From positions 7,717-71,716 of the forward strand of contig JARRNJ010000007.1 in assembly GCA_037385045.1 (NCBI GenBank): a stretch of 64,000 nt of DNA, in the 5' to 3' direction. Below the pieces are notes generated by a model that worked only from the letters and a program-made list of their open reading frames with translations, ran no database searches and was not told where the DNA came from. Below are positions 37,208 through 46,397 of this stretch, piece after piece (positions within the stretch are counted from its first letter, which is position 1; each line of letters begins with the position of its first letter). The position numbers and the translations under genes are program-made. The stretch is from Gammaproteobacteria bacterium (GTDB lineage: Bacteria > Pseudomonadota > Gammaproteobacteria > JASBUN01).

Positions 37208-37471
37208 TCAGTGCGTGTCGTCGCTGCCCCGGTCCCGCAATACTCGACGGATGCGCTCCGCAACCTCCGGCGGCAATGGCTTTTCAACGGGAAATGATCC
37301 TTCGTAAGCTCCGACACGCAGAACCCGTCGCAGGAAGCGTAGCTGTCTTTCAAAGCGCCGACATCGTTTGCATATCCACAGATGCAGGCGTACGCCGATA
37401 CGCTCTTGCAGACGGAGCTTTCGGTCCAGCCCCTCTGACACCAGCCGGCTCGTTTGTTTGCAGGTGAGCAT
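37208..37471 (-). CDS. small zinc-finger (HxxxCxxC, ZAS-type) anti-sigma factor
   Basis: 87 aa from MLTCKQTSRLVSEGLDRKL.., with the motif HLWICKRC. Starts 14 nt after the ECF sigma stop. Confidence 0.65.
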   Translation of the reverse strand: MLTCKQTSRLVSEGLDRKLRLQERIGVRLHLWICKRCRRFERQLRFLRRVLRVGAYEGSFPVEKPLPPEVAERIRRVLRDRGSDDTH

Positions 37472-37484
37472 TGTTGTCGCCCTG

Positions 37485-38054
37485 TCAACCCAGCCCTTCT
37501 TCCGCCAGGCACTGTCGCATCCCCAGTCGGGCGCGGTGCAGGCTGGTCCAAAGGTTGCTCGGTGTAATCGACAATTCCTTACACACGGCATCCGCATCCA
37601 TTTCCCATAGATCGCGCAGGACAAACAGACGTGCTGCCCGTGGCGACAACGCGGCGAGACAGCGTTCTATGAGTTCCCAAAACTGACGTCCCGAAGCGTG
37701 ACGTTCCGGATTCCCCCACTCGGATAGCGGGTGAGTCCATCGGCCGGCGTCGTTGAATTCATGCTCGACACGCGCCGCTTCGGCACGCTCCCATGCGACC
37801 TCTTCGGAACCGTCAACCGCTGGATCACGTGCTTGCCGTCGGAATTCGTCCACGATTTTGTGCTTCAAAATACCGATCAACCACGTGCGCACCGACGCCG
37901 AGCCCCTATAATTCCCGCGTGCCTGAAGTGCGGCGAGCAGTGTTTCCTGCACAGCGTCCTCGGCGCGGTCGGCGTCTCGCAAGTGCACCAGCGCGAAGGA
38001 ATACAGGGCGTTGCCGTGCTCTTCCAGCCACCGTTCGGCTTCCTCGATCGACAT
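37485..38054 (-). CDS. ECF (group IV) sigma-70 factor
   Basis: Region 2 (LYSFALVHLRDADRAEDAVQETLLAAL) and region 4 HTH (LRDLWEMDADAVCKELSITPSNLWTSLHRARLGMRQCL). ATG at 38054 (MSIEEAERW). Confidence 0.85.
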   Translation of the reverse strand: MSIEEAERWLEEHGNALYSFALVHLRDADRAEDAVQETLLAALQARGNYRGSASVRTWLIGILKHKIVDEFRRQARDPAVDGSEEVAWERAEAARVEHEFNDAGRWTHPLSEWGNPERHASGRQFWELIERCLAALSPRAARLFVLRDLWEMDADAVCKELSITPSNLWTSLHRARLGMRQCLAEEGLG

Positions 38055-38563
38055 ATCACCATCCCGTAACGACACGGCTATATGGTAACCGTATCGCCAG
38101 TCGAGTCCCAGTGTGGGCACCCGACAGGCAACACTCTCAATGGTCAGGCGGACGACGCTCGGCCACGAGTACGTATTGTATTGGTCGCTGTCGCGGGGAA
38201 ATCCTTACGGCATATTCTGGTTGGCTAGCCCTGCACGTCCTGCAGCGCTCCGGTGATTTTGCTCTGTTGACCTGAGTAGTGCCTGCGAGAGTGCGGCCTC
38301 CCCCCCGCGTTTCGACATCCAGTTGGACGACGCTTCGCCCTGGAGGACGGAATGTCCTGTGTACTGTCAGCCGTCATTGCCTAGGCGCCAAGAGCCGAAT
38401 AATTGTCGGAATATCCAACGCTTGCAGCGAACATCCGGAGCCCGGGAGTGAGGCTCGTCGGGCCGATGGCAGTTCGTCGATGTAAGGATTCAGCTGTGAG
38501 TCCGACAGATTAACGTGGGGCAATGTCGACAGCTTGCAAGTCATTAGAGAACGGAGAGACAAA

Positions 38564-38983
38564 ATGAATATATCAAGAGCTATTCTGGCCGGATTCGTGG
38601 CCACCGTTGTTCTGTCAATCCTCATGATACTCAAGAGCATGATGGGTCTGATGCCGAACCTCAATGTGATTCACATGCTGGGTCACATGACGGGCACTGG
38701 CCCGGTCGGTGGCTGGGTCGCACACTTTGTCATCGGGTCGATTGCCTGGGGTATTGGCTTCTGCCTTTTGTTCCGCGTGCTTCCAGGGGGAATGCCTTGG
38801 ATAAAGGGGATTGTATTCGCAATCGGCGCATGGTTGCTCATGATGATCGTAGTCATGCCGATGGCCGGCGCCGGATTGTTCGGAATGCATCTGGGCATCA
38901 TGGCTCCGGTCATGACACTGGTGCTGCACATCATCTTTGGTGCGGTGCTGGGGGCCGTATACGGTCGTCCTGCAACTTCATGA
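38564..38983 (+). CDS. small integral membrane protein (about 4 TM helices), family not confidently recognised
   Basis: 139 aa: MNISRAILAGFVATVVLSILMILK..GGWVAHFVIGSIAWGIGF..AIGAWLLMMIVVMPMAGAGLFG..VLHIIFGAVLGAVYG. RBS GGAGAGA lies upstream. Confidence 0.6.
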   Translation: MNISRAILAGFVATVVLSILMILKSMMGLMPNLNVIHMLGHMTGTGPVGGWVAHFVIGSIAWGIGFCLLFRVLPGGMPWIKGIVFAIGAWLLMMIVVMPMAGAGLFGMHLGIMAPVMTLVLHIIFGAVLGAVYGRPATS

Positions 38984-39585
38984 TTCACGGCGACTTCCGG
39001 TGATTCCGGGGACAGTATACCGATTAATCCATGGGATTCAGTAGGATTGAGAAATGGGTATACTGTCCCCGGAATACCGATGTCGTCTCTGGCGCCTTCG
39101 AGGACCGCCGGGATGTCTTGGTTCCTGGAATACGGGTCGCCGTCCACGATGTCCGGGTTGAAGAAGAACGAATTGGGCGAAAAGCCGAACGAGTATGCAT
39201 CGTATGGCAGGCCGCCCGCACACCGGCAGCCCCTGAATTTGCCAAGAAGTTGTTCCCGGTATCGGTCAACGGTCGGCAACCAGATCGCACGCGCGTCGGT
39301 GGCGAACAGGGTCAAGGAATCGGGCGCCACCCCGGAGAACCGGCCAACCAGCCGGGCTATTTTTCCCAGTGAAGACCTGAACGTCACATCACTTCGAAAG
39401 AAGCTGACCGGCTCGGCGTGCCAGGCGCTTGCGCAGGTATACACCAATACAAGCTCCCCGACGTCGGGATCCGGGTTGAAAAAATCCCCTCCCCTGACGG
39501 TCGAACTATAAAATTCCAGCCGGCACGGCAGCATGCGGTTTGGATCGGGGAACGGCGGTTGCGATGGGTTGTCGGAAGACAGCAT
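38683..39585 (-). CDS. hypothetical protein; 3' boundary unreliable (ORF runs through the inverted repeat and antisense into the membrane-protein gene)
   Basis: The 300-aa ORF has no recognisable family. The first ~175 aa (39585 down to ~39060) look protein-like (..GELVLVYTCASAWHAEPVSFFRSDV..). The remainder overlaps 38564-38983 on the opposite strand. Confidence 0.3.
   Translation of the reverse strand: MLSSDNPSQPPFPDPNRMLPCRLEFYSSTVRGGDFFNPDPDVGELVLVYTCASAWHAEPVSFFRSDVTFRSSLGKIARLVGRFSGVAPDSLTLFATDARAIWLPTVDRYREQLLGKFRGCRCAGGLPYDAYSFGFSPNSFFFNPDIVDGDPYSRNQDIPAVLEGARDDIGIPGTVYPFLNPTESHGLIGILSPESPEVAVNHEVAGRPYTAPSTAPKMMCSTSVMTGAMMPRCIPNNPAPAIGMTTIIMSNHAPIANTIPFIQGIPPGSTRNKRQKPIPQAIDPMTKCATQPPTGPVPVM
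39003..39078. repeat. 19-bp perfect inverted repeat formed by an inverted copy (39003-39021) and direct copy B (39053-39078) of the 26-nt unit
   Basis: attccggggacagtatacc (39003-39021) is the exact reverse complement of ggtatactgtccccggaat (39057-39075), with a 35-nt AT-richer loop. Starts 20 nt after the membrane-protein stop. Confidence 0.9.
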
Positions 39586-40028
39586 GGCCTTTCACTCGTC
39601 GCCGATTGCCGCGCCCGGCATAAGTCGCCCCGTTTTCAATCTCCGCGATTCCAACAGGACGCTCCCGGAACATCGAAAGCCCGCGGCGGCCGCTTATTGG
39701 ACGGCCGATCGTTCTGTTTCACAACCAGGCGCGCCATTTGAATATTTGACAACGTTGTCGGCCCGTCAAATCCGCGGGCCGCCGTACGACATCGTGCGCA
39801 TGACACTACACGAACAGGTAGGGCTATGATCGGGAATGGGCGCCGGAAGCCGGAGAACACGACAGCGGCGGCTGTGCCTCCCCTCCCGCCGTCGCGTTTG
39901 CAGCGTGGTCGCGTGTACGGCCGTGCACCTTGTACATGCCCACGTAGTGACCGCCGCCGGGACCAGCAGCGCGCTACCCTGCCGGCCGACGGGTGTCGGC
40001 ACCCATGATCGGCGGCAGTACCTATACG

Positions 40029-41282
40029 TCAGCCGAGAAGGTCTGCGTAGGAGAAGAACCGCAGCATGTCGCCGTGAGCGACTTGGCGCCTGGCGGGGAT
40101 CTCGACCAGGCCCACCGTTCGCACGACGCCTGTCAATGCATCAGAGCTCTGGCCGGCGCAGGGGTCTGCGTATAGCGTGTCGCCTTGATGGCGCAGCCGG
40201 GCGCGGAGAAATTCGCAGCGTTGTTGCGGATGTTGCCGTGTGAATCCGGCGCTTACCGGCCACCAACGTGCCTCCCATGCGGCGCGTCCAGCCAACCGTA
40301 ACAGATACGGTCGAGAAAACATGAGGAATGTGACAAGGGCCGAGACCGGGTTGCCAGGCAAACCGAAAAAGGGTACACCGCCGACCGCGCCGAATGCCAA
40401 CGGCTTGCCGGGTTTGATCGCGACCCGCCAGAGGTCCAGGGTGCCTGCGGACAACACGGCCGATCGCACATGGTCTTCCTCGCCTACGGATACGCCTCCC
40501 GTCGTCAGGATGACGTCAGCTCCGGCGGCGGCTGCCTTCAAGGCAGCGCCGGTCGCCTCCAAACAATCGTCGACTGTGCCGAGGTCGACCGCATCGAGCC
40601 CCAATGCCCGAACCAGACCGAGCAGGACGGCCCGGTTGCTGTTGTAGATCTGGCCCGGAAGCAGATCCGCGCCCCAATCGGCGAGCTCGTCACCGGTAAA
40701 AAATACGGCGACCCGCGGCCGCCGGTACACCGAGACAGTCGCCAGACCGACCGAGGCGGCAAGCCCTGCGGCCTGCGGTGTGAGCACCTCTCCCCGAGCG
40801 AGGATCTTGTTGCCGGCGCCGACGTCGTGGCCGCGCGGACGAACGTTCTCGCCGGGCTCGACGCGGCGAGAAACGTGGATGGCGGCGGCATCGACGCGAC
40901 ACTCTTCCTGGCGCACCACGGAATCCGCCCCGGGCGGCAGCGGTGCACCAGTAAAGACCCGCGCCGCGGTGCCGGGCGCCAGGGCCAGGCCGATCTGCCC
41001 CGCGGGGATGCGTTGCGAAACACTCAGGAGGCGCTCATCGCGGGTGTCACAACTGCGCACCGCATATCCGTCCATGGCGCTGTTGTCGAAGCCGGGCACG
41101 TCGATGACGGCATGATGGTCTGCGGCCAGCACACGCCCAAACGCCGCGCTCAACGGCAGTCGCTCGGTTTCGCGCACTGGCTGCACGTCAGCCATGATCC
41201 GGATCAAGGCCTCATCGACCGTCAGCAGCCCGGCGCCCGCGCACGGGTCCGCTGCGCGAACCGATTGCGTGGAGGCGTTCAT
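40029..41282 (-). CDS. moeA: molybdopterin molybdenumtransferase MoeA
   Basis: 417 aa. LLTVDEALIRI, FDNSAMDGYAV, TGGVSVGEEDHV, KPGKPLAFG, GLPGNPVSALVTF. Confidence 0.9.
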   Translation of the reverse strand: MNASTQSVRAADPCAGAGLLTVDEALIRIMADVQPVRETERLPLSAAFGRVLAADHHAVIDVPGFDNSAMDGYAVRSCDTRDERLLSVSQRIPAGQIGLALAPGTAARVFTGAPLPPGADSVVRQEECRVDAAAIHVSRRVEPGENVRPRGHDVGAGNKILARGEVLTPQAAGLAASVGLATVSVYRRPRVAVFFTGDELADWGADLLPGQIYNSNRAVLLGLVRALGLDAVDLGTVDDCLEATGAALKAAAAGADVILTTGGVSVGEEDHVRSAVLSAGTLDLWRVAIKPGKPLAFGAVGGVPFFGLPGNPVSALVTFLMFSRPYLLRLAGRAAWEARWWPVSAGFTRQHPQQRCEFLRARLRHQGDTLYADPCAGQSSDALTGVVRTVGLVEIPARRQVAHGDMLRFFSYADLLG

Positions 41283-41824
41283 GACGATTCCCGCAACCGG
41301 GGAATCAGCTCAATCAGATTGCAGGGCCGGTGCCTTACATCCAATTGTGGTGAGATGACCTTTTCCCAGGCGGTCCGGCATGCACCGGTCGAGCCCGGCA
41401 AGCAGAAAACGTAGGTTCCGTTGGCGACGCCGGCCACCGCACGCGATGCGATGGTGGAGGTTCCGATCTCCTGGTACGAAACCCAGCGGAACAGTTCGCC
41501 GAAGCCTTCAATCTCCTTGTCAAACAATGGCCGAACGGCCTCGGGGGTTCCGTCCCGTCCGGTCAGGCCCGTGCCGCCGTTGGTGACTACGACATCCACG
41601 TCCGGATCGGCGATCCAATGGGAGACCCATTTTCGGATGGCATAGATATCGTCGGGCACGATGCGCTTCTCCGAAAACTGATGTCCCGCTTCCAGCAACG
41701 CGTCCACCAGCACCCGCCCGGAGGTATCGGTTTGCTCGTTGCGTGAGTCGGTTATGGTCATCACGGCGATGCGAACCGGCACGAACTCTGGCGTGGCACT
41801 TTTCAGAACAGATTGACTACCCAT
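41279..41824 (-). CDS. moaB: molybdenum cofactor biosynthesis protein B
   Basis: [57 protein letters not shown]. Confidence 0.85.
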   Translation of the reverse strand: MGSQSVLKSATPEFVPVRIAVMTITDSRNEQTDTSGRVLVDALLEAGHQFSEKRIVPDDIYAIRKWVSHWIADPDVDVVVTNGGTGLTGRDGTPEAVRPLFDKEIEGFGELFRWVSYQEIGTSTIASRAVAGVANGTYVFCLPGSTGACRTAWEKVISPQLDVRHRPCNLIELIPRLRESS

Positions 41825-41914
41825 GAGCTACTGATCTCCAACAGAGAGGGACGGACGGCGCCCAAGTGGCGCCGCCCTGCCAATGCCCGGTCCAGGGGTT
41901 CCGGGACCAACTAC

Positions 41915-44392
41915 TCAGAGGAAGCGTCGCCGCTTGAACGACACCGTACGTTTGTAAGCGTTCGTGTCCCCGGCCCGGCGTATGTTGGCCCAGGTTCCCT
42001 TGTAATACGGCACCACGTTGCGGTCCGTCCAGTCGGTCACGACGTCCCCCACTACGCCGTTGACGTAACCGAACATCATGAACGCCTGTCCGGGGCGGAT
42101 ATCCGGCTCCAGATAGGCCATCGCAAACGTCGATCCGAAGTCGTTGAACACCTCCACGATGTCCCCAGAGGTGACGCCGAGTCGTTTCGCGTCCTCCGGA
42201 TTCATCTCCATGGGCGACATCGGGTAGCGATTGCGCCGGAAGGCTATGTAACGGTCGTGGTACGCGGTCTGCCAAATGCGGTTGGTACGGCCGTTGTTGA
42301 TCCAGAACGGGTATTTCTCCTTTTCGCGCTCCACGGTCGACGCCAGACCGTTCCACGGCGCCGGCAGAAAATGCGCCTTTCCATCCGAGGTGCCGAACTT
42401 GCCGTCGGTATAGAGCATCTCGGTGCCGATCAGCTTACCGTGCTTATACTCCTTGATCGGCAGCTGCACGCCGTTGGTGCCCGCCTTGCGCAGCCGGCTG
42501 TAGGTCGCAATGTGTCCGGTCGGTCCGCCCTGGCTGTCGATCTTCTTCTCGCCCGCCATGCGGAAGCCGTCGTTGAACGCGTCCTCTTCGGTTTTCCAGT
42601 CGAATCCCTCGAACCGCTTGGCCATCTCGTTGTTGCCGTCCTTTTCATACAGCCGTTTCAACTCGTTGGCAATATCGGCGGCGATCAGACAGTCGGGCTT
42701 GGCCACTCCGGGGGGGTCCATGAAGCGTTCGGACAGGCGCATGCGGCGCTCGCCGTTCATCGATGTCAGGTTCATCTCGCCCGGGTGCACGGCCGGCAGC
42801 AGGAGATGCGCGGCGTCGGCGAATTTGACCTTGTAAAGGTCCACATCGACGACGAACAGGCCGCCGCGGTTATCCACCGCGTCATAAATCGCGTCGACCA
42901 GGTCCTCAGTTGAGCCGCCCCGGACGCGCGCCATAGCCTGCCGCACGACATCGGCGCGACGGTAAACGGCATCCCGGTAATTCTGCGCATTGAGCGTACT
43001 CTGGAACGCATTGCAGGCCCATACTGTCAACATGCGGCCATTGCCCTTGATGATCTCCTGATCTATGTAGGGAGCAGGCCTCGGTCCCGGGTACGGCGGG
43101 CGGGCATAGCCCTCCTGGTGGCCACCCATGCGCACCACGCCGGTTCCACGCCGGCCGACGTTGTGGGTGGCAAGCACCAGGTCAACCAACGCCGACTGGA
43201 TGCGGTAGTTGTCGTTGCCCCAGATGATTCCCTTCTCGTAGCCGTGCATGGTGCGTGGCGGATGCCCGGACGGCTTCGGTTTGTAGGCCCACTCGGCCGC
43301 CTTTTTCAGGTCGGACACGCTGATGCCGGTGATCTTGCTGCACTGGTGCAGACTCATTTTGTTGGCCTTCAGCGCGTGTTCAAACCCGCTGGTATGCTTC
43401 CGAATAAAGTCTTTGTTGTGCCAGCCCTTTTCGATCACATAGGTGAGCAGCCCGTTGAACAGGGCCGTGTCGGTACCGGGATTGATGGCCAAATGCAGTA
43501 CATTTTCCTTTCCGGCCACGTGTTCGGCCACCGACACCGTGAGGCTGCGCCGCGGATCGACGAAGATCACCTTCGCCCGTCCGACTGTTTCACCCGGGAA
43601 CCAGTTCTTCTTCTTGTCGACGCTTGCGCCCGTGAGGTTGGGCACCCAGTGGGCGAGGAAATAGTTGGTCTGGGTCTCGTAGGCGTTGGCGCCGATGGAG
43701 AAGATGACATCGGCCACTTCGGCGTCTTCATAGCTGTTGTTCAACTCGAAGATGCCCATGTCGCGGGTGGCATGGCACTCGGAGTTGTAGGCCGGCCGGT
43801 TGTGAATGCGGACCATCTTGGTCTGAATGCCACTGAAGATGAGCTTGCCGGTGCCCCAGGTGTTCTCAAAGCCGCCGCCGGCCCCGCCGTGATCGAAGAG
43901 ATTGAACATCAGTTGGTCAGGACCGTGCTCGTCGAGAATACGCTTTGCGACACGCGAATAAATTTGCAGCGCGCGGTTCCAGTCGATGTCGACCCAATCA
44001 TTCGCGGCGTACAACATCGGGTACTTCAACCGCATCTCACCGGGCATTTCTCCTGCCGAGTACATCACGGTCGCCATCTGCCCGCCGCGCGTCGAGGAAA
44101 GACCCTGGTTCACTTTGCACGCCTTGTCCGGCACGATCATGATGTTGTAGTCCTGACCATCGCGGTCCCGGACACGATTGACCATCGCCGGGGTCAGGAT
44201 CGCCTGCAGCGGCGCCAATTGCTTGCGGAAATCCAGGCCCAAGGCATTCTGATGGGGAGCGCGCCCGCCCTCGCGGTCGGCTGGCCACTTATAGACGTGA
44301 TAGCCGCAGCCGACAATGCAGAAGTGGCAGGTCATGTTGGTCTTGCTGGCGTCCGTTGGCGGCAACGGGATGCGGTCGGTAAATTCGCTCAT
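41915..44392 (-). CDS. aioA: arsenite oxidase large (molybdopterin) subunit
   Basis: 825 aa. The N-terminal 3Fe-4S motif [17 protein letters not shown] is characteristic of AioA, followed by the Mo-bisPGD fold. Lies immediately downstream of a Rieske subunit. Confidence 0.9.
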   Translation of the reverse strand: MSEFTDRIPLPPTDASKTNMTCHFCIVGCGYHVYKWPADREGGRAPHQNALGLDFRKQLAPLQAILTPAMVNRVRDRDGQDYNIMIVPDKACKVNQGLSSTRGGQMATVMYSAGEMPGEMRLKYPMLYAANDWVDIDWNRALQIYSRVAKRILDEHGPDQLMFNLFDHGGAGGGFENTWGTGKLIFSGIQTKMVRIHNRPAYNSECHATRDMGIFELNNSYEDAEVADVIFSIGANAYETQTNYFLAHWVPNLTGASVDKKKNWFPGETVGRAKVIFVDPRRSLTVSVAEHVAGKENVLHLAINPGTDTALFNGLLTYVIEKGWHNKDFIRKHTSGFEHALKANKMSLHQCSKITGISVSDLKKAAEWAYKPKPSGHPPRTMHGYEKGIIWGNDNYRIQSALVDLVLATHNVGRRGTGVVRMGGHQEGYARPPYPGPRPAPYIDQEIIKGNGRMLTVWACNAFQSTLNAQNYRDAVYRRADVVRQAMARVRGGSTEDLVDAIYDAVDNRGGLFVVDVDLYKVKFADAAHLLLPAVHPGEMNLTSMNGERRMRLSERFMDPPGVAKPDCLIAADIANELKRLYEKDGNNEMAKRFEGFDWKTEEDAFNDGFRMAGEKKIDSQGGPTGHIATYSRLRKAGTNGVQLPIKEYKHGKLIGTEMLYTDGKFGTSDGKAHFLPAPWNGLASTVEREKEKYPFWINNGRTNRIWQTAYHDRYIAFRRNRYPMSPMEMNPEDAKRLGVTSGDIVEVFNDFGSTFAMAYLEPDIRPGQAFMMFGYVNGVVGDVVTDWTDRNVVPYYKGTWANIRRAGDTNAYKRTVSFKRRRFL

Positions 44393-44405
44393 GCTTTGGC
44401 TCCCC

Positions 44406-44921
44406 CTACAATACGTTGGCCTGACGACCGTAAATGAGGCCCTCTACCGCAACGGCGGTGACGGTACCGTCCTTGTCGTTGTACTCCAGCACGATCCTCG
44501 GCAGATTCTCGGTTGCCTGCCCGTCCACCATCTGCCCTTCCATTTCCGGGTCGAAGATGCTGAAGTGGCACGGGCATTTGAAAGTCCGGGCCTTTTCGTC
44601 GTAGCTGACGGGGCAACCCATGTGGGTGCACATGGTGCTGTATGCGACGATGTCCTTATCCGGTCCCACTCCACCCGGTACCGCCCGCCCCGTTTTGATG
44701 AGCGCACACGGCGAATCGGCGTCGGGATAAGAGAATGTCACCGGTGTGCCGGTCTTGAAGCCTCGCGCCTTGCCCACCTGCTGCTTCGGATAGGGAAGCG
44801 TGGTTCGCCCTACCTCGGCGGGTCGTTCGGCCCCGAGGACGTTACCCGTGGCCAGGGATGCGGCTCCGGCCGCTACGCCGCCGCCGAGCTTGATGAAATC
44901 CCGTCGTGACAATTTACCCAT
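44406..44921 (-). CDS. aioB: arsenite oxidase small (Rieske) subunit with Tat signal
   Basis: [24 protein letters not shown] (twin-arginine signal). Rieske motifs CTHMGCPV and [11 protein letters not shown] at 44921 has GGAG upstream. Confidence 0.9.
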   Translation of the reverse strand: MGKLSRRDFIKLGGGVAAGAASLATGNVLGAERPAEVGRTTLPYPKQQVGKARGFKTGTPVTFSYPDADSPCALIKTGRAVPGGVGPDKDIVAYSTMCTHMGCPVSYDEKARTFKCPCHFSIFDPEMEGQMVDGQATENLPRIVLEYNDKDGTVTAVAVEGLIYGRQANVL

Positions 44922-45013
44922 CGCGTTGACTCCTTCAGTCATGTTTCGGGCCGGTGTTGCCGGTCGGAGGGCGCGCCGGATGCGACGCCGCCGGCGATTC
45001 GGAAAGGAGGAGG

Positions 45014-45029
45014 AGCAAAATCCAGACCA
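45014..45029 (-). promoter_or_regulatory. candidate sigma-54 (-24/-12) promoter for aioBA
   Basis: The minus strand reads TGGTCT-GGATT-TTGCT (GG-N10-GC spacing, TTGC at -12), about 90 nt upstream of the aioB ATG. A sigma-54 activator (aioR) is encoded nearby. Confidence 0.45.
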
Positions 45030-45080
45030 TCCCGGCGCGGCTGCCAAATCAGGCACCTGCGGTCGTGGCCAACACTCGAT

Positions 45081-45127
45081 GTTACCGAAAGGTAACGCGA
45101 TGCGACTCAACGTTACGTCGCGGTAAC
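45081..45127. promoter_or_regulatory. two GTTAC-N6-GTAAC palindromes (candidate AioR enhancer sites)
   Basis: GTTACcgaaagGTAAC (45081-45096) and GTTACgtcgcgGTAAC (45112-45127). Centres are about 31 bp apart, and the sites lie 50-100 bp upstream of the candidate -24/-12 element. Confidence 0.45.
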
Positions 45128-45153
45128 GCATCGCCGGCTACACAACGCCCCAT

Positions 45154-45181
45154 GCCGCCCGCAGATGAGATTGCGGGCGGC
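45154..45181 (+). other. 10-bp perfect hairpin in the moaA leader
   Basis: gccgcccgca (45154-63) pairs with tgcgggcggc (45172-81) across an 8-nt loop. Lies about 110 nt upstream of the moaA ATG. Confidence 0.6.
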
Positions 45182-45287
45182 TCTATACAAGCCTTGCACG
45201 TAACGGGGGCAAGCCGGATCCGGTCTCCCCCTCAACGGCATGGATCTTGCGCGCAGGACACCGGTCATTACAGCAAGGAGACGTTCC

Positions 45288-46280
45288 ATGACGGGGTTCC
45301 CGCGCCTCATTGATCCGTTCGGTCGCAGCATCGACTACCTGCGCTTGTCGGTCACCGACCGTTGTGATCTGCGCTGCAGTTATTGTCTGCCGAAAGGCTA
45401 TCGGGACTTCGAGATTCCGGATCATTGGCTGACGTTCGACGAGATCGCGGCGATTGTGACCGCCTTTGTCACCCTTGGCGTTCGCCGCGTTCGGTTGACC
45501 GGCGGCGAGCCGTTGGTGCGCAAAGGCCTGCCGGAGCTGGCCGCAAAGCTCAGCGGTATTCCCGGGCTTGCGGATCTGTCGTTGAGTACGAATGCCGTTC
45601 GTCTTGCCGGCTGCGCGGCTGAATTGCACGCCGCAGGAATCAGCCGCATCAACGTCAGCCTGGACTCGCTGGAACCTGGCCGTTACCGGGAAATTACCGG
45701 CGGCGGTCGGCTGGAGAAGGTACTTTCCGGACTCCGGGCGGCCAGACGGGCCGGCTTCGGTCCAATCAAAATCAACATGGTGGTCATGGGCGGGGTCAAT
45801 GATGACGAGGTGGACGCCATGGTGGCATTTTGCCTGGCGGAGGCCTTTACGTTGCGTTTGATCGAACCGATGCCGATGGGCGCGACCGGTCGGAACGCGC
45901 AAAGGTACCATGTTGACCTCGGCGAAGTCCGCCGGCGCCTCGAGCAGCGCTTCCAACTCATTCCGGATGTGGTGCCGGGAGGCGGTCCGGCCCGGTACGT
46001 CCGCGTCGCCGGCACGGACCTGAGAATCGGGTTTATTACCCCGATCTCACAGCACTTCTGCGCCACCTGTAATCGAGTGCGTCTGTCGGCTGCCGGGACC
46101 CTGTTCTTGTGCCTGGGACAGGAGCACCGCTACGACCTGCAGCGGGTGCTGAGGGATCCGCATTCTCCGGCAACACTGGAGCGCGCAATTCTTGAGGCTA
46201 TCGCGACCAAACCGCAACGACACACGTTCCGGGAGGAGCCGGGAAAGATTGTGCGCTTCATGTCGGCGACCGGCGGTTGA
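45288..46280 (+). CDS. moaA: GTP 3',8-cyclase MoaA (radical SAM)
   Basis: LIDPFGRSIDYLRLSVTDRCDLRCSYCLP, RLTGGEPLVR, C-terminal cluster FCATCNRVRLSAAGTLFLCLG. ATG at 45288 follows AAGGAG. Confidence 0.9.
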   Translation: MTGFPRLIDPFGRSIDYLRLSVTDRCDLRCSYCLPKGYRDFEIPDHWLTFDEIAAIVTAFVTLGVRRVRLTGGEPLVRKGLPELAAKLSGIPGLADLSLSTNAVRLAGCAAELHAAGISRINVSLDSLEPGRYREITGGGRLEKVLSGLRAARRAGFGPIKINMVVMGGVNDDEVDAMVAFCLAEAFTLRLIEPMPMGATGRNAQRYHVDLGEVRRRLEQRFQLIPDVVPGGGPARYVRVAGTDLRIGFITPISQHFCATCNRVRLSAAGTLFLCLGQEHRYDLQRVLRDPHSPATLERAILEAIATKPQRHTFREEPGKIVRFMSATGG

Positions 46281-46397
46281 TAGCGGGCTCGGACGGTAAC
46301 CAACTGAATTGATGACAGTATTGTCGGTCGCGCCACCGTCGGCAATCCGTTTATAATGATCTTCACCAGGAGGCGTCCGGATTTTCTGCACCCGCCC

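Noticed and set aside
37194-37222. GGAAT-N18-GTC within or after repeat copy A as an ECF-dependent promoter
   Set aside because: It would fire antisense into the anti-sigma gene. The equivalent spacing is also not conserved in the other repeat copies.
37058-37297. ORFs 37058-37297 and 39031-39372 share the peptide WVYCPRNT, hinting at a small gene family
   Set aside because: The shared peptide is simply the translation of the 26-nt DNA repeat. The flanking protein sequence is unrelated and of low complexity.
39003-39078. Inverted repeat as an integron attC site or CRISPR-like repeat
   Set aside because: There are no RYYYAAC/GTTRRRY core sites, no integrase, no regularly spaced array and no cas genes.
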